Shown piece after piece: positions 55,182 through 64,000 of a stretch of 64,000 nucleotides of DNA. The notes beneath the pieces were generated by a model. That model saw nothing but the letters and a program-made list of their open reading frames with translations. It was not told where the DNA came from and searched no databases. Each line of letters opens with the position of its first letter. Positions within the stretch are counted from its first letter, which is position 1. The position numbers and the translations under genes were made by a program. Origin of the DNA: an uncultured Spirochaetota bacterium (GTDB taxonomy: Bacteria; Spirochaetota; Brevinematia; Brevinematales; JAOACQ01); contig CAVYGN010000002.1 in the NCBI GenBank assembly GCA_963768055.1, positions 736,001 to 800,000 on the forward strand, in the 5' to 3' direction.

Positions 55182-56720
55182 ATGCCGGAAAAAACTGTTT
55201 ATCCTATTCTTGAAATGAAGGGTATAAATAAAACCTTTCCCGGTGTGAAAGCGCTGTCCGGCGTGGATTTCAGGTTATACGGGGGCGAAGTGCATGCGCT
55301 GATGGGGCAAAATGGAGCAGGGAAATCAACACTGATTAAAGTTATCACCGGCGTAAACAAGCAGGAATCAGGGGAAATTCGACTTGAAGGGAAACTAATT
55401 AGGCCTGATTCTCCCCTCGAAGCCCAGAAATTGGGCATTAGTACAGTGTATCAGGAAATAAATCTTTGCCCTAACTTATCCGTAGCGGAAAATATTTTTA
55501 TCGGCAGACAGCCTGAAAATTTTGGAGCGATTAACTGGAAGGTAATGAATGAAAACTCGGAAAAATTACTAAGTTCTTTAAACGTTTCGATCGATGTAAC
55601 ACAATTACTGTCTTCTTACTCAGTCGCGATACAACAAATGGTGGCGATAGCGCGCGTACTTGATATATCGGCAAATATTCTGATCCTCGATGAACCGACA
55701 TCCAGCCTTGATGAAAAAGAGGTGAGGCTGTTATTTAAAGTCATCAGGAAACTGAGGGACGACGGGATGGCGATCCTGTTTGTAACACATTTTGTAGAGC
55801 AGACTTATGAAATTTCAGACAGGATAACAATTCTTAAAAACGGGGAGAGGGTGGGAGAATACCGTACCAAGGATTTGCCGAAGGTTGAACTTATCTCTAA
55901 GATGCTGGGAAAAGAGCTTTCCGAATTCAGCTATTCGCAAAAGGATATGCAGAAGAGAGCCGGCGGCGGGGAATCGGTAAAAGAGAAAAATATCGTATTA
56001 AAAACAGAAAAGCTTTCCCGAAAAGGTTCGATATCTCCGATAGACCTGGAAATCTCAAGCGGGAAGATACTCGGGTTCGCAGGGCTTGTGGGCTCGGGAA
56101 GAACTGAAACCGCAAGGCTTATTTTTGGTATCGATAAAGCCGACCAGGGAGACATATACATTAAAGGAAATAAAATTTCTATGAAAGGTCCTTCTAATGC
56201 GATAAATGCCGGTTTGGGATTTTGTCCTGAAGATAGAAAATATGAAGGAATTGTCGATGAACTTTCGGTCAGGGAAAACATAATCTTGGCGCTGCAGGGG
56301 AAAAACGGAATATTTAAAAATATACCCTTAAAAAAACAGCAGGAAATAGCGGAAAATTTGATCAAAATACTTGATATAAAGACTACAGGGACAGAGCAGG
56401 AAGTTAGAAAACTGTCCGGCGGCAATCAGCAGAAGGTTATGCTGGCGAGATGGCTTGCGACTAATCCCGACTTGCTCATCCTTGACGAACCTACCCGCGG
56501 GATAGATGTGGGCGCAAAGCTGGAGATAATGGAACTCGTCCTCACCCTGGCGAATAGCGGAATGGCTATACTATTTATATCCTCTGAGATCGACGAGGTT
56601 GTCAGATGCAGCAATGAAGTCGCCGTTTTCAAAGACAGGGAAAAAATAACCGATTTGACAGGCGGGGATATTGATGAAAACAGGATTTTACATATTATAG
56701 CCGGAGGTAATAATTTATGA
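55182..56720 (+). CDS. ytfR: Sugar ABC transporter ATP-binding protein (YtfR-like, two ABC domains)
   Basis: GQNGAGKST, ISTVYQE, LDEPTSSL, LSGGNQQK, DEPTRGIDVGAK. Confidence 0.92.
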   Translation: MPEKTVYPILEMKGINKTFPGVKALSGVDFRLYGGEVHALMGQNGAGKSTLIKVITGVNKQESGEIRLEGKLIRPDSPLEAQKLGISTVYQEINLCPNLSVAENIFIGRQPENFGAINWKVMNENSEKLLSSLNVSIDVTQLLSSYSVAIQQMVAIARVLDISANILILDEPTSSLDEKEVRLLFKVIRKLRDDGMAILFVTHFVEQTYEISDRITILKNGERVGEYRTKDLPKVELISKMLGKELSEFSYSQKDMQKRAGGGESVKEKNIVLKTEKLSRKGSISPIDLEISSGKILGFAGLVGSGRTETARLIFGIDKADQGDIYIKGNKISMKGPSNAINAGLGFCPEDRKYEGIVDELSVRENIILALQGKNGIFKNIPLKKQQEIAENLIKILDIKTTGTEQEVRKLSGGNQQKVMLARWLATNPDLLILDEPTRGIDVGAKLEIMELVLTLANSGMAILFISSEIDEVVRCSNEVAVFKDREKITDLTGGDIDENRILHIIAGGNNL

Positions 56721-57769
56721 GTGTAATTTCTCGTTTATGGAAGGAATTTTCTTCTTCAAGAATAATCTGGCCTGTTGCCGCGCTTGCGGTCGTCCTTCTG
56801 TTTAATCTGATCCTTAATGTAAATTTTTTCAGCTTGGAGATTAAGGAAGGGCATTTATACGGCAATATCATAGATATAATAAAAGGTTCCGTACCGATTA
56901 TGCTCATATCGATAGGACTGACCCTTGTGATCGCCACAAAAGGCATCGATATTTCCGTGGGATCTCTGGTAGCGATCTCGTCCGCCGTAGTGGCGGTGAT
57001 GATCGGAGGCAATCTGGTAATGGTTAACGGCCATCAGGAGTTCGTGACATTGTTTCCGATGTCTGTGGCAATAATCGGCACTCTTCTCGTGGCTTCAGTT
57101 GCCGGCATGTGGAACGGCATGCTTGTATCGCGCATCGGTATACAGCCAATTATCGCTACTTTGATATTATTCATCGCGGGGCGGGGTGTAGCCCAGCTTA
57201 TTACTACCGGCCAGATCGTTTACCTCTATTACGAACCCTTCTTTTATCTAGGTAACGGATATCTGTTTGGGCTGCCCTTTTCTCTTTACATAGTCGCTTT
57301 TGTCCTGGCTGTCACACTTTTAATAGTAAGGAAAACCGCAATCGGAATGTTTGTTGAATCTGTCGGTATAAATCCCACGGCTTCCCATCTTTCCGGGATT
57401 AACTCAAAAAATATTATTTTCTGGTGCTATGTTTTTTGCGGATTTTGTTCGGGAATAGCCGGACTGGTCGTCTGCTCAAATATCAAAAGCGCCGACGGCA
57501 ATAACGCCGGACTTTTAATGGAATTGGACGCGATCCTTGCTGTAGTCCTCGGCGGAACATCGCTGAGAGGAGGCAAGTTCTATCTTATGGGGAGCATGAT
57601 CGGGGCATTGATCATTCAGACATTGACGGTAACAATCTGGTCGTTTAATGTTCCTCCCCAGATATCGCTTGTAGTTAAGGCGATAGTAATTTTCATTATT
57701 TGCCTTCTCCAGTCCGGTGTATTCCGGAAGGGACTATTAAGAATGTTCGGCAGCAGGGGGATTGCATGA
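56717..57769 (+). CDS. ytfT: Sugar ABC transporter permease (YtfT-like)
   Basis: VIATKGIDISVGS, IQPIIATL..AGRGVAQL, ADGNNAG..ELDAILAVV. Confidence 0.88.
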   Translation: MSVISRLWKEFSSSRIIWPVAALAVVLLFNLILNVNFFSLEIKEGHLYGNIIDIIKGSVPIMLISIGLTLVIATKGIDISVGSLVAISSAVVAVMIGGNLVMVNGHQEFVTLFPMSVAIIGTLLVASVAGMWNGMLVSRIGIQPIIATLILFIAGRGVAQLITTGQIVYLYYEPFFYLGNGYLFGLPFSLYIVAFVLAVTLLIVRKTAIGMFVESVGINPTASHLSGINSKNIIFWCYVFCGFCSGIAGLVVCSNIKSADGNNAGLLMELDAILAVVLGGTSLRGGKFYLMGSMIGALIIQTLTVTIWSFNVPPQISLVVKAIVIFIICLLQSGVFRKGLLRMFGSRGIA

Positions 57770-58782
57770 AAATTTTATATAAAATAAGCGATAAATATCT
57801 GCCATTATTAGTTACTATAACTTTGTTCATTTTTATGTTCGGAGTAGGTTCTGCCATGTTCTTCGGGTTTTTCAGCCTTCAGAATTTTTTTAATATCCTT
57901 ATCAACAACTCTTACCTTATGATAATCGCCATCGGCATGACATTTGTCATTATTTCAGGGGGTATTGACCTGTCTGTAGGATCATTACTGGCTTTTTCAA
58001 CTATGCTTTCGGCCAGTCTCCTTGAAATATATCATTTAAGCCCCCTCATTGTCATACCTTTCGTTCTTGTCACAGGGGCGTTATTCGGATGTCTGATGGG
58101 TTGTCTGATTCATTATTTTGACCTGCCCCCGTTTATCATTACACTCGGCGGTCTTTATCTCGCAAGGGGCCTGTGCTATGTTGTCAGTATAGATACGATC
58201 CCGATCACGAATCCATTTTATACATTTGTCGCTCAGTATGAGATCCATTTTACACCTACAGATTTCATATCCATAAATGTGGTTATCGCCCTTGTAATGA
58301 TAATTATTGCCCTCTACTTAGCCCATTACAACAAGTTCGGCAGAACTGTTTACGCCATCGGGGGGAACGAACAGTCAGCGCTATTGATGGGCCTTCCTGT
58401 TGCGCAAACGAAGGTGCTTGTATATACCTTCAGCGGATTTTGCTCAGCCCTGGCGGGGGTCGTATTCACATTTTACATGTTGTCGGGATACGCATTGCAT
58501 GGCACGGGTTTGGAGCTTGACACAATCGCGGCAGTCGTTATCGGCGGAACTATGCTGACGGGCGGCGTTGGTTATATTGCCGGTACTATATTCGGGGTCC
58601 TGGTTTTCGGGACTATTCAGGTTTTAGTGACTAACCAAAGCCTGAATAGCTGGTGGACAAGGATAGCAGTCGGATTATTGATTTTCCTCTTCTGCCTGAT
58701 TCAGAGAATATTTGTGGCCGGCAAGAGTCTAAAAACCGAAGAGGAAACTCCGGTTAAAAAGGATGAAAAATCCCTGATCTGA
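57766..58782 (+). CDS. yjfF: Sugar ABC transporter permease (YjfF-like)
   Basis: GMTFVIISGGIDLSVG, YAIGGNEQSALLMGLPV, ELDTIAAVVIGG, SWWTRI; ATGA overlap with ytfT. Confidence 0.88.
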   Translation: MKILYKISDKYLPLLVTITLFIFMFGVGSAMFFGFFSLQNFFNILINNSYLMIIAIGMTFVIISGGIDLSVGSLLAFSTMLSASLLEIYHLSPLIVIPFVLVTGALFGCLMGCLIHYFDLPPFIITLGGLYLARGLCYVVSIDTIPITNPFYTFVAQYEIHFTPTDFISINVVIALVMIIIALYLAHYNKFGRTVYAIGGNEQSALLMGLPVAQTKVLVYTFSGFCSALAGVVFTFYMLSGYALHGTGLELDTIAAVVIGGTMLTGGVGYIAGTIFGVLVFGTIQVLVTNQSLNSWWTRIAVGLLIFLFCLIQRIFVAGKSLKTEEETPVKKDEKSLI

Positions 58783-58842
58783 AATCCGGGGATTTTGTTT
58801 TCTTGCGCTACTTTCCCTATTTTATCTCCTTTTTTACTCGAA

Positions 58843-58868
58843 GCCCTGCCCCCTTATGGGGGCGGGGT
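58843..58868. terminator. GC-rich hairpin between convergent operons
   Basis: GCCCTGCCCCC-TTAT-GGGGGCGGGGT. Confidence 0.65.
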
Positions 58869-58880
58869 CGTTTTAACTTT

Positions 58881-60050
58881 TCAAGAGTAAAATTCACGGG
58901 TTAAAATATCTGACATTTCTTCAAGTATTCCACATTCAAAAAGATAAGTGAGAATTGTATAGCGGGGCCTGAGATCCTTTGCATGGAGGATGCTGTCATG
59001 GAAAACAGTTCTGCTTATTCCCAGATCTGAAGGGTTGTCGGCAGAACCTGCCCTTTTTAAAATATCCGAAAGATGTGCGGGGCCTGGTGTGAAAGGAGCT
59101 ATCCCAAGTTCATTCTTCAGGCGCTCGTATATTGTTGAGATAACAATAGCCGCTGCACCGACAGCATTTCCATGCAGCGGGTGAGTGGAACCTTCTTTAA
59201 GTGCTTTCATTTCCCAATAGTGAGCCAGGTGATGCTCCGACCCTGATGCAGGCCTTGAATTACCGATGAGTCCCATGGAAATACCTGATAATAATAAAGA
59301 ATCAAGTAAATTTTTAACCGCGTCACTATCCCGCGCTCCTATCATTCCCGCTTTTGAAACTGTTTGAGTTACTGCCTTTTTCATTAATGCCTCGCATGCA
59401 GGACAAAGATATTCCCCGTTGATTTTATTAGACAGCTCCCAGTCCGATAAGGCTGTAAATTTACCTATAATATCTCCGAACCCGGCCCTTATCATTTCAA
59501 TCGGGGCGTCTGATATAACACGCTCATCGGCGATAACAGCAAGAGGATAAACAGCTTCGAATGTTTTTTTATAACCCTCGACAATGATCGGAGAAACCGT
59601 GGAAGCGTATCCGTCCATGGAAGGGGCTGTACAGAATATAATATATGGAATATTAAGTTTGAAACTGATATAACGCGATAAATCATTCAGGGTTCCTGAA
59701 CCGGCAGTGATGATCATCGCCGTGTCTCTGTCGGTTTCAAGCAAAAGCCTTCCAACGGCTCTTTCATCAGGAACCAGGGGGCCTGGTCCTTCAAAAATAA
59801 AAAGATTGGTTTTAAATTTATTGTCTGACAGGCTCTTAAAAAAATTATTTCCTCCCGCAGCCCACGTGTTGAGGTCGGAAATAAAAAGAATATTCTCCGG
59901 TCTTTTATCTTTAATTAAAATGGCCAATTCATCGGCAGGGTTTTGCCCGATATAGATCTTTTTTATGCCGACGAAGTGTCTCCTTCCGCACTCGCAATCA
60001 AATGAGATACCGGCCATCTTATCAATAGGCAGATTCAACAGGTCAGTCAT
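58881..60050 (-). CDS. araM: sn-glycerol-1-phosphate dehydrogenase (AraM/EgsA-like)
   Basis: CECGRRH N-terminus, GSGTLND, TAPSMDGY, AGFGDIIGK, SRPASGSEHH, LHG. Confidence 0.85.
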   Translation of the reverse strand: MTDLLNLPIDKMAGISFDCECGRRHFVGIKKIYIGQNPADELAILIKDKRPENILFISDLNTWAAGGNNFFKSLSDNKFKTNLFIFEGPGPLVPDERAVGRLLLETDRDTAMIITAGSGTLNDLSRYISFKLNIPYIIFCTAPSMDGYASTVSPIIVEGYKKTFEAVYPLAVIADERVISDAPIEMIRAGFGDIIGKFTALSDWELSNKINGEYLCPACEALMKKAVTQTVSKAGMIGARDSDAVKNLLDSLLLSGISMGLIGNSRPASGSEHHLAHYWEMKALKEGSTHPLHGNAVGAAAIVISTIYERLKNELGIAPFTPGPAHLSDILKRAGSADNPSDLGISRTVFHDSILHAKDLRPRYTILTYLFECGILEEMSDILTREFYS

Positions 60051-60061
60051 GCTTGCCCGCC

Positions 60062-62134
60062 TCAGTGCCCCTCAAGCAATTTCATGGAAGTTTTTATTAT
60101 ATTGTCCACTGTAAATCCGAAATGTTCCATGAGAACATTGCTGGGTGCAGAAGCCCCGAAATGGTCAATACAGATATATCCTCCGCTATCGCCTGCATAA
60201 CGTTGCCAGCCATGCGAGGCACCGGCCTCGATTACAAGCCTTTCTTTTACAGCCGGAGGCAGTATATATTCCCTGTATTTCCGCTCCTGCTCTGCGAATA
60301 ATTCCCAGCTCGGCATTGAAACGACCCTTGCAAAAATCTTGTTTAAGGCAAGGGCTTCTCTCGCGGAGATTGCCAGGCTGACTTCGGACCCTGTAGAAAT
60401 CAGGATAAGATCCGGGCGGTTTTTCCCGCCTTCAGCTTCGGCGAGTATGTAAGCTCCCCTTCTAAGCCCAACCGCCGGGCCGAACTTTGCCCTGTCGAAA
60501 ACAGGCAAATTCTGCCTGGATAATATAATAGCCACCGGGCGGTCTTTCATTTCGACAGCAGCTTTCCATGCCTCTGCCGTTTCGTTAGCGTCTCCCGGCC
60601 TTATAACAACCAGCCGGGGAATCGCTCGAAGGCATGAGAGCTGTTCTACAGGCTGGTGCGTCGGCCCGTCTTCACCGAGTCCTATACTGTCGTGAGTGAA
60701 TATATAAATTACATGGAGCCCCATCAAGGCGGCAAGACGGATCGTAGGCCGCATGTAATCCGAGAAAATCAGGAATGTAGCTCCATACGGTATAATTCCT
60801 CCATGTTCGGCCAGTCCGTTAAGAATAGCCCCCATTCCATGCTCTCTTACGCCGAAATGAATGTTTCTTCCCGAGTAATTCCAATCCCCTCCGGAAGTGC
60901 CCTGCCTGTCAATCGAAGCAATTTCAGGGTTTTCAAAATCCCCCAAACCCTTTAATACTGTAAAGGTTGAAGGATTCAGATCGGCTGATCCCCCGATTAG
61001 AAATTCCAGCCCGGGGGCTGTAATATTCATGATTCTGCCCAATGCGGTACGAGTCGCTATACCCTTTAGATCGGGATCAAATACCGGAATTTCCGAATCC
61101 CACCCTTTTGGTATCGAACCGTTAATCGTGCTTTTCAAGCCGGAAGCTAAATCGGGATAAACTCTTTCATAAGCTGACAATCTGTCATTCCATTCAGACT
61201 GGGCCAGATTGCCGCGCGGAATGGATTCTCTGAATAACGCAAGCACCTCTCCGGGAATATAAAACGGCGGATCTAATGGCCATCCCATAGCTTCTTTAGT
61301 CAGCCTGACTTCATCTGCACCTAATGGCGAGCCGTGAGCTTCGAATTTATCCTGCTTATTGGGAGAACCGTATCCAAGGTGAGTTTTTATCAGTATGAGG
61401 GAGGGACGATCGGTTATGTTTTTAGCAGTCGAAATGGCTGTATCTATAGCATCAAGATCGTTTCCATCATTAACGGATTGCGTGTGCCAGCCGTAGGCTT
61501 CAAAACGCATGGCACGGTTTTCTGTGAATGAAATATCCGTCGAAGCGGAAAGGGAAACCCGGTTGTCATCGTAAAGGCAGATCAGCTTCCCTAGTTTTAA
61601 ATGTCCTGCCAGCGAGGCTGCTTCAGCGGCGACTCCTTCCATAAGGTCTCCGTCGCTTGCGATTGTATAGGTATAATGATCGATGATTTTATGTCCGGGA
61701 CGGTTAAAACGGGCGGAAAGCCATGCCTCGGCTGCAGCTAAACCGACGCTGTTGCTAAAACCCTGTCCCAGCGGTCCGGTCGTCGCTTCGACCCCGGGTG
61801 TAACGCCGAATTCAGGATGCCCCGGCGTTTTGCTGTCCCACTGCCTGAATTGTTTAATATCATCAAGAGACAGATCGTACCCGGTCAGGTGAAGGAGGCT
61901 GTATAAAAGCATCGATCCATGTCCGGCCGACAAAACGAACCTGTCGCGATCGAACCACTTCGGGTCCGCCGGATTGTGCTTCAGAAATCTCGTCCAGAGT
62001 ATGTAAGCCATCGGCGCGGTTCCCATGGGCATTCCCGGATGCCCGCTTCCCGCTTTTTGAACCGCGTCTATGGCCAAAAAACGGATTGTGTTTATGGAGA
62101 GCCTATCCAATTCTTCTGCCAAGTCTGATTTCAT
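60062..62134 (-). CDS. tkt: Transketolase
   Basis: [52 protein letters not shown]. Confidence 0.97.
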   Translation of the reverse strand: MKSDLAEELDRLSINTIRFLAIDAVQKAGSGHPGMPMGTAPMAYILWTRFLKHNPADPKWFDRDRFVLSAGHGSMLLYSLLHLTGYDLSLDDIKQFRQWDSKTPGHPEFGVTPGVEATTGPLGQGFSNSVGLAAAEAWLSARFNRPGHKIIDHYTYTIASDGDLMEGVAAEAASLAGHLKLGKLICLYDDNRVSLSASTDISFTENRAMRFEAYGWHTQSVNDGNDLDAIDTAISTAKNITDRPSLILIKTHLGYGSPNKQDKFEAHGSPLGADEVRLTKEAMGWPLDPPFYIPGEVLALFRESIPRGNLAQSEWNDRLSAYERVYPDLASGLKSTINGSIPKGWDSEIPVFDPDLKGIATRTALGRIMNITAPGLEFLIGGSADLNPSTFTVLKGLGDFENPEIASIDRQGTSGGDWNYSGRNIHFGVREHGMGAILNGLAEHGGIIPYGATFLIFSDYMRPTIRLAALMGLHVIYIFTHDSIGLGEDGPTHQPVEQLSCLRAIPRLVVIRPGDANETAEAWKAAVEMKDRPVAIILSRQNLPVFDRAKFGPAVGLRRGAYILAEAEGGKNRPDLILISTGSEVSLAISAREALALNKIFARVVSMPSWELFAEQERKYREYILPPAVKERLVIEAGASHGWQRYAGDSGGYICIDHFGASAPSNVLMEHFGFTVDNIIKTSMKLLEGH

Positions 62135-63637
62135 TTAAAACCCCTTATGGAAATAATATCCTTCATTCCATTTTATCTCTTTTTTAAATTCATTGAGATT
62201 GGTATTGCTGTCAATAATAAGAAATTCAATGCCAGCTATATTTGCAAAATCTTCAAGCTGTTCACTTGTAACAGATTGGCTGAAGGAAGTGTGGTGGGCG
62301 CCGCCGGCATAAAGCCATGCCGCCGCCGCTGTTTTCAGATCGGGCCTTGGAATCCACAAGGCTCTCGCAACCGGCAAATTGGGAAGAGGGTAGTCGGGAG
62401 CTACTACATCTACTACATTAGCCAGCAATCTGAATCTGTTACCCATATCTATTAAAGAAGCGCAGACCGCCGGGCCGCTTTTCGCAGTAAATACAAGCCG
62501 TGCAGGATCTCCCTTTCCACCGATGGACAGAGGGTGGATTTCAAGGGAAGGTTTTTTGTCCGCAATGGATTCGCAAACTTCGAGCATATGCGCACCGAGA
62601 ACCTTTGGAGCTGTCCCGCCGAAATTATAAGTATAATCCTCCATAAAAGAAGTTCCGCCTGATAACCCTGATCCCATTACCTTCATAGCCCTCACAAGAG
62701 CCGCTGTTTTCCAGTCCCCCTCAGCGCCGAATCCGTACCCTTCAGCCATCAGGCGTTGAACGCCCAGTCCCGGCAATTGTTCAAGCCCGTAAAGATTTTC
62801 GAAGGTTGTCGTAAAAGCCTTTATATTGTTGTGTTTGAGGAATGCCCTTAATCCCGCTTCTATTCTGGCAGCCTCAAAGAGAGAATTAAAACGGGAATTG
62901 CCTTTTTTTAGAGACTCTTCAATATCATATTTGGATTCAAAGTCTGAAATCAGTGAATTAATTTCTTCATCAGAAACCTTTTTAATAAATTCGACAAGGT
63001 CGCCAAGGCCGTACCCGTTCACTGAATATCCGAGACGCATTTCTGCCTCAACTTTATCGCCTTCAGTTACAGCCACATCCCTCATATTGTCACCGAATCT
63101 CGCTATCTTTGCACCCTGAGCGTCCTGCCATGAACATGCAACCCTGCTCCATGAACCAATCTCGGCGATAACATCGGCATCCTGCCAGAAACCGACTATT
63201 ATTTTCCTGTTCAAACGCATTCTGCTGGTTATGAAACCGAATTCACGATCTCCATGTGCGGACTGGTTAAGGTTCATAAAATCCATATCTATTTCGGACC
63301 AGGGAATATCCCTGTTAAATTGAGTATGGAGATGCAGAAAAGGTTTGGAGAGTGCCTTTAATCCGGCGATCCACATTTTACCGGGTGAAAATGTATGCAT
63401 CCAGGTGATAATACCGGCACATTTTTTATCTGAATTTGCTTCAACGCATAGATCGTGAATCATTTCCGGATTGGTAAGTACAGGTTTAAAAACCACATTA
63501 ACGGGAATTGAATCAGAACCGGAAAATGTTGAAGAGATGATCTTTGCATGGTCGGCAACTTTTTTCAGAGTTTCTTCTCCGTATAGGTGCTGACTTCCGG
63601 TTACAAACCATATTTCATACTGTTTAAGATCTGTCAT
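62135..63637 (-). CDS. araA: L-arabinose isomerase
   Basis: [56 protein letters not shown]. Confidence 0.97.
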   Translation of the reverse strand: MTDLKQYEIWFVTGSQHLYGEETLKKVADHAKIISSTFSGSDSIPVNVVFKPVLTNPEMIHDLCVEANSDKKCAGIITWMHTFSPGKMWIAGLKALSKPFLHLHTQFNRDIPWSEIDMDFMNLNQSAHGDREFGFITSRMRLNRKIIVGFWQDADVIAEIGSWSRVACSWQDAQGAKIARFGDNMRDVAVTEGDKVEAEMRLGYSVNGYGLGDLVEFIKKVSDEEINSLISDFESKYDIEESLKKGNSRFNSLFEAARIEAGLRAFLKHNNIKAFTTTFENLYGLEQLPGLGVQRLMAEGYGFGAEGDWKTAALVRAMKVMGSGLSGGTSFMEDYTYNFGGTAPKVLGAHMLEVCESIADKKPSLEIHPLSIGGKGDPARLVFTAKSGPAVCASLIDMGNRFRLLANVVDVVAPDYPLPNLPVARALWIPRPDLKTAAAAWLYAGGAHHTSFSQSVTSEQLEDFANIAGIEFLIIDSNTNLNEFKKEIKWNEGYYFHKGF

Positions 63638-63774
63638 ATGCCAATCCTCCTTATAATCTTCAAACCAGGCTTTACAGGAAGCGGGTTGGCAACTGCGGAA
63701 ATAATGATTCTAAGCGATATGAATAACCTTTTTATTTTAGTTCAGGATGATTATTTTTGCAATAAAATAAACAA

Positions 63775-64000
63775 CTATTTCTTTTGCAAATTCGATAAAG
63801 TTTCTCCAAAAATTGGATTGGAATGTGGAAAAGGAGGAATATATTCGGTTTCACCACCTATCGCGCGATTTAAATAAAAAAGGTAATGAACAGTATGGTT
63901 CTGGGTCTCGAAAATACAGTCGAGGAAACGAAGAGAATCGCCCGGCATTTGTTTGATAAGGTCGCTCACCTTCAGGCGGTTCAAGAATTTATCCATTCTC
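63775..64000 (-). CDS. Probable 3' end of a gene entering from beyond the window
   Basis: Frame stays open to the window edge; no family recognised. Confidence 0.4.
   Translation of the reverse strand, partial: RMDKFLNRLKVSDLIKQMPGDSLRFLDCIFETQNHTVHYLFYLNRAIGGETEYIPPFPHSNPIFGETLSNLQKK

Noticed and set aside
63638..63774. Operator copy upstream of araA
   Set aside because: No match to TGCGTGTACGTTAACT seen; any site may lie beyond the window
1..64000. Many short ORFs in the six-frame track antisense to or overlapping the called genes
   Set aside because: They are shadows of well-supported genes, with no recognisable motif or RBS
1..64000. CRISPR array, prophage, IS or integrase, defence system
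   Set aside because: No regularly spaced repeat-spacer array and no recognisable cas, transposase, integrase or phage genes

Overview
Ordinary chromosomal DNA from a bacterium, most likely a spirochaete. This is inferred from the hypothetical-rsmI-flgM order, an orphan fliO, a DUF5312-like protein, a barrel/FlgD-Ig/OmpA protein and LA_2272-like repeats; the lower taxon is not established. The window holds housekeeping genes (hemW partial, glf, galT, ilvBN, holA, secF-secD-yajC, yidC-mnmE-mtgA, dut-panC-pyrG, argB, mnmA, hflX, ricT-like, rsmI, flgM, der), three tRNAs (Thr-CGT, Lys-TTT, Pro-GGG), a GldAFG/DUF4340-type ABC system and an L-arabinose utilisation island of about 14 kb (LacI, araB, araD, YtfQRT-YjfF-type ABC; convergent araA, tkt, araM). 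I saw no integrase, transposase, prophage or CRISPR array. The most notable observations are: (1) an elaborate ytfQ leader with three AAGGAGG sites, an ATG-TAG start-stop minigene and a possible pseudoknot, plus a 3' stabilising hairpin; (2) a HypF-derived protein that keeps its apparent metal ligands but has lost its nucleotide-binding glycine motifs; (3) an insertion of about 65 aa in CTP synthase; (4) an exact 16-bp operator-like repeat flanking the LacI gene; (5) a sigma28-like motif shared by flgM and a LamG/FN3 gene; (6) a frameshifted DUF3108-like gene broken at a T_TTT_TTA heptamer. All family assignments are from motif recognition by eye, not database searches.
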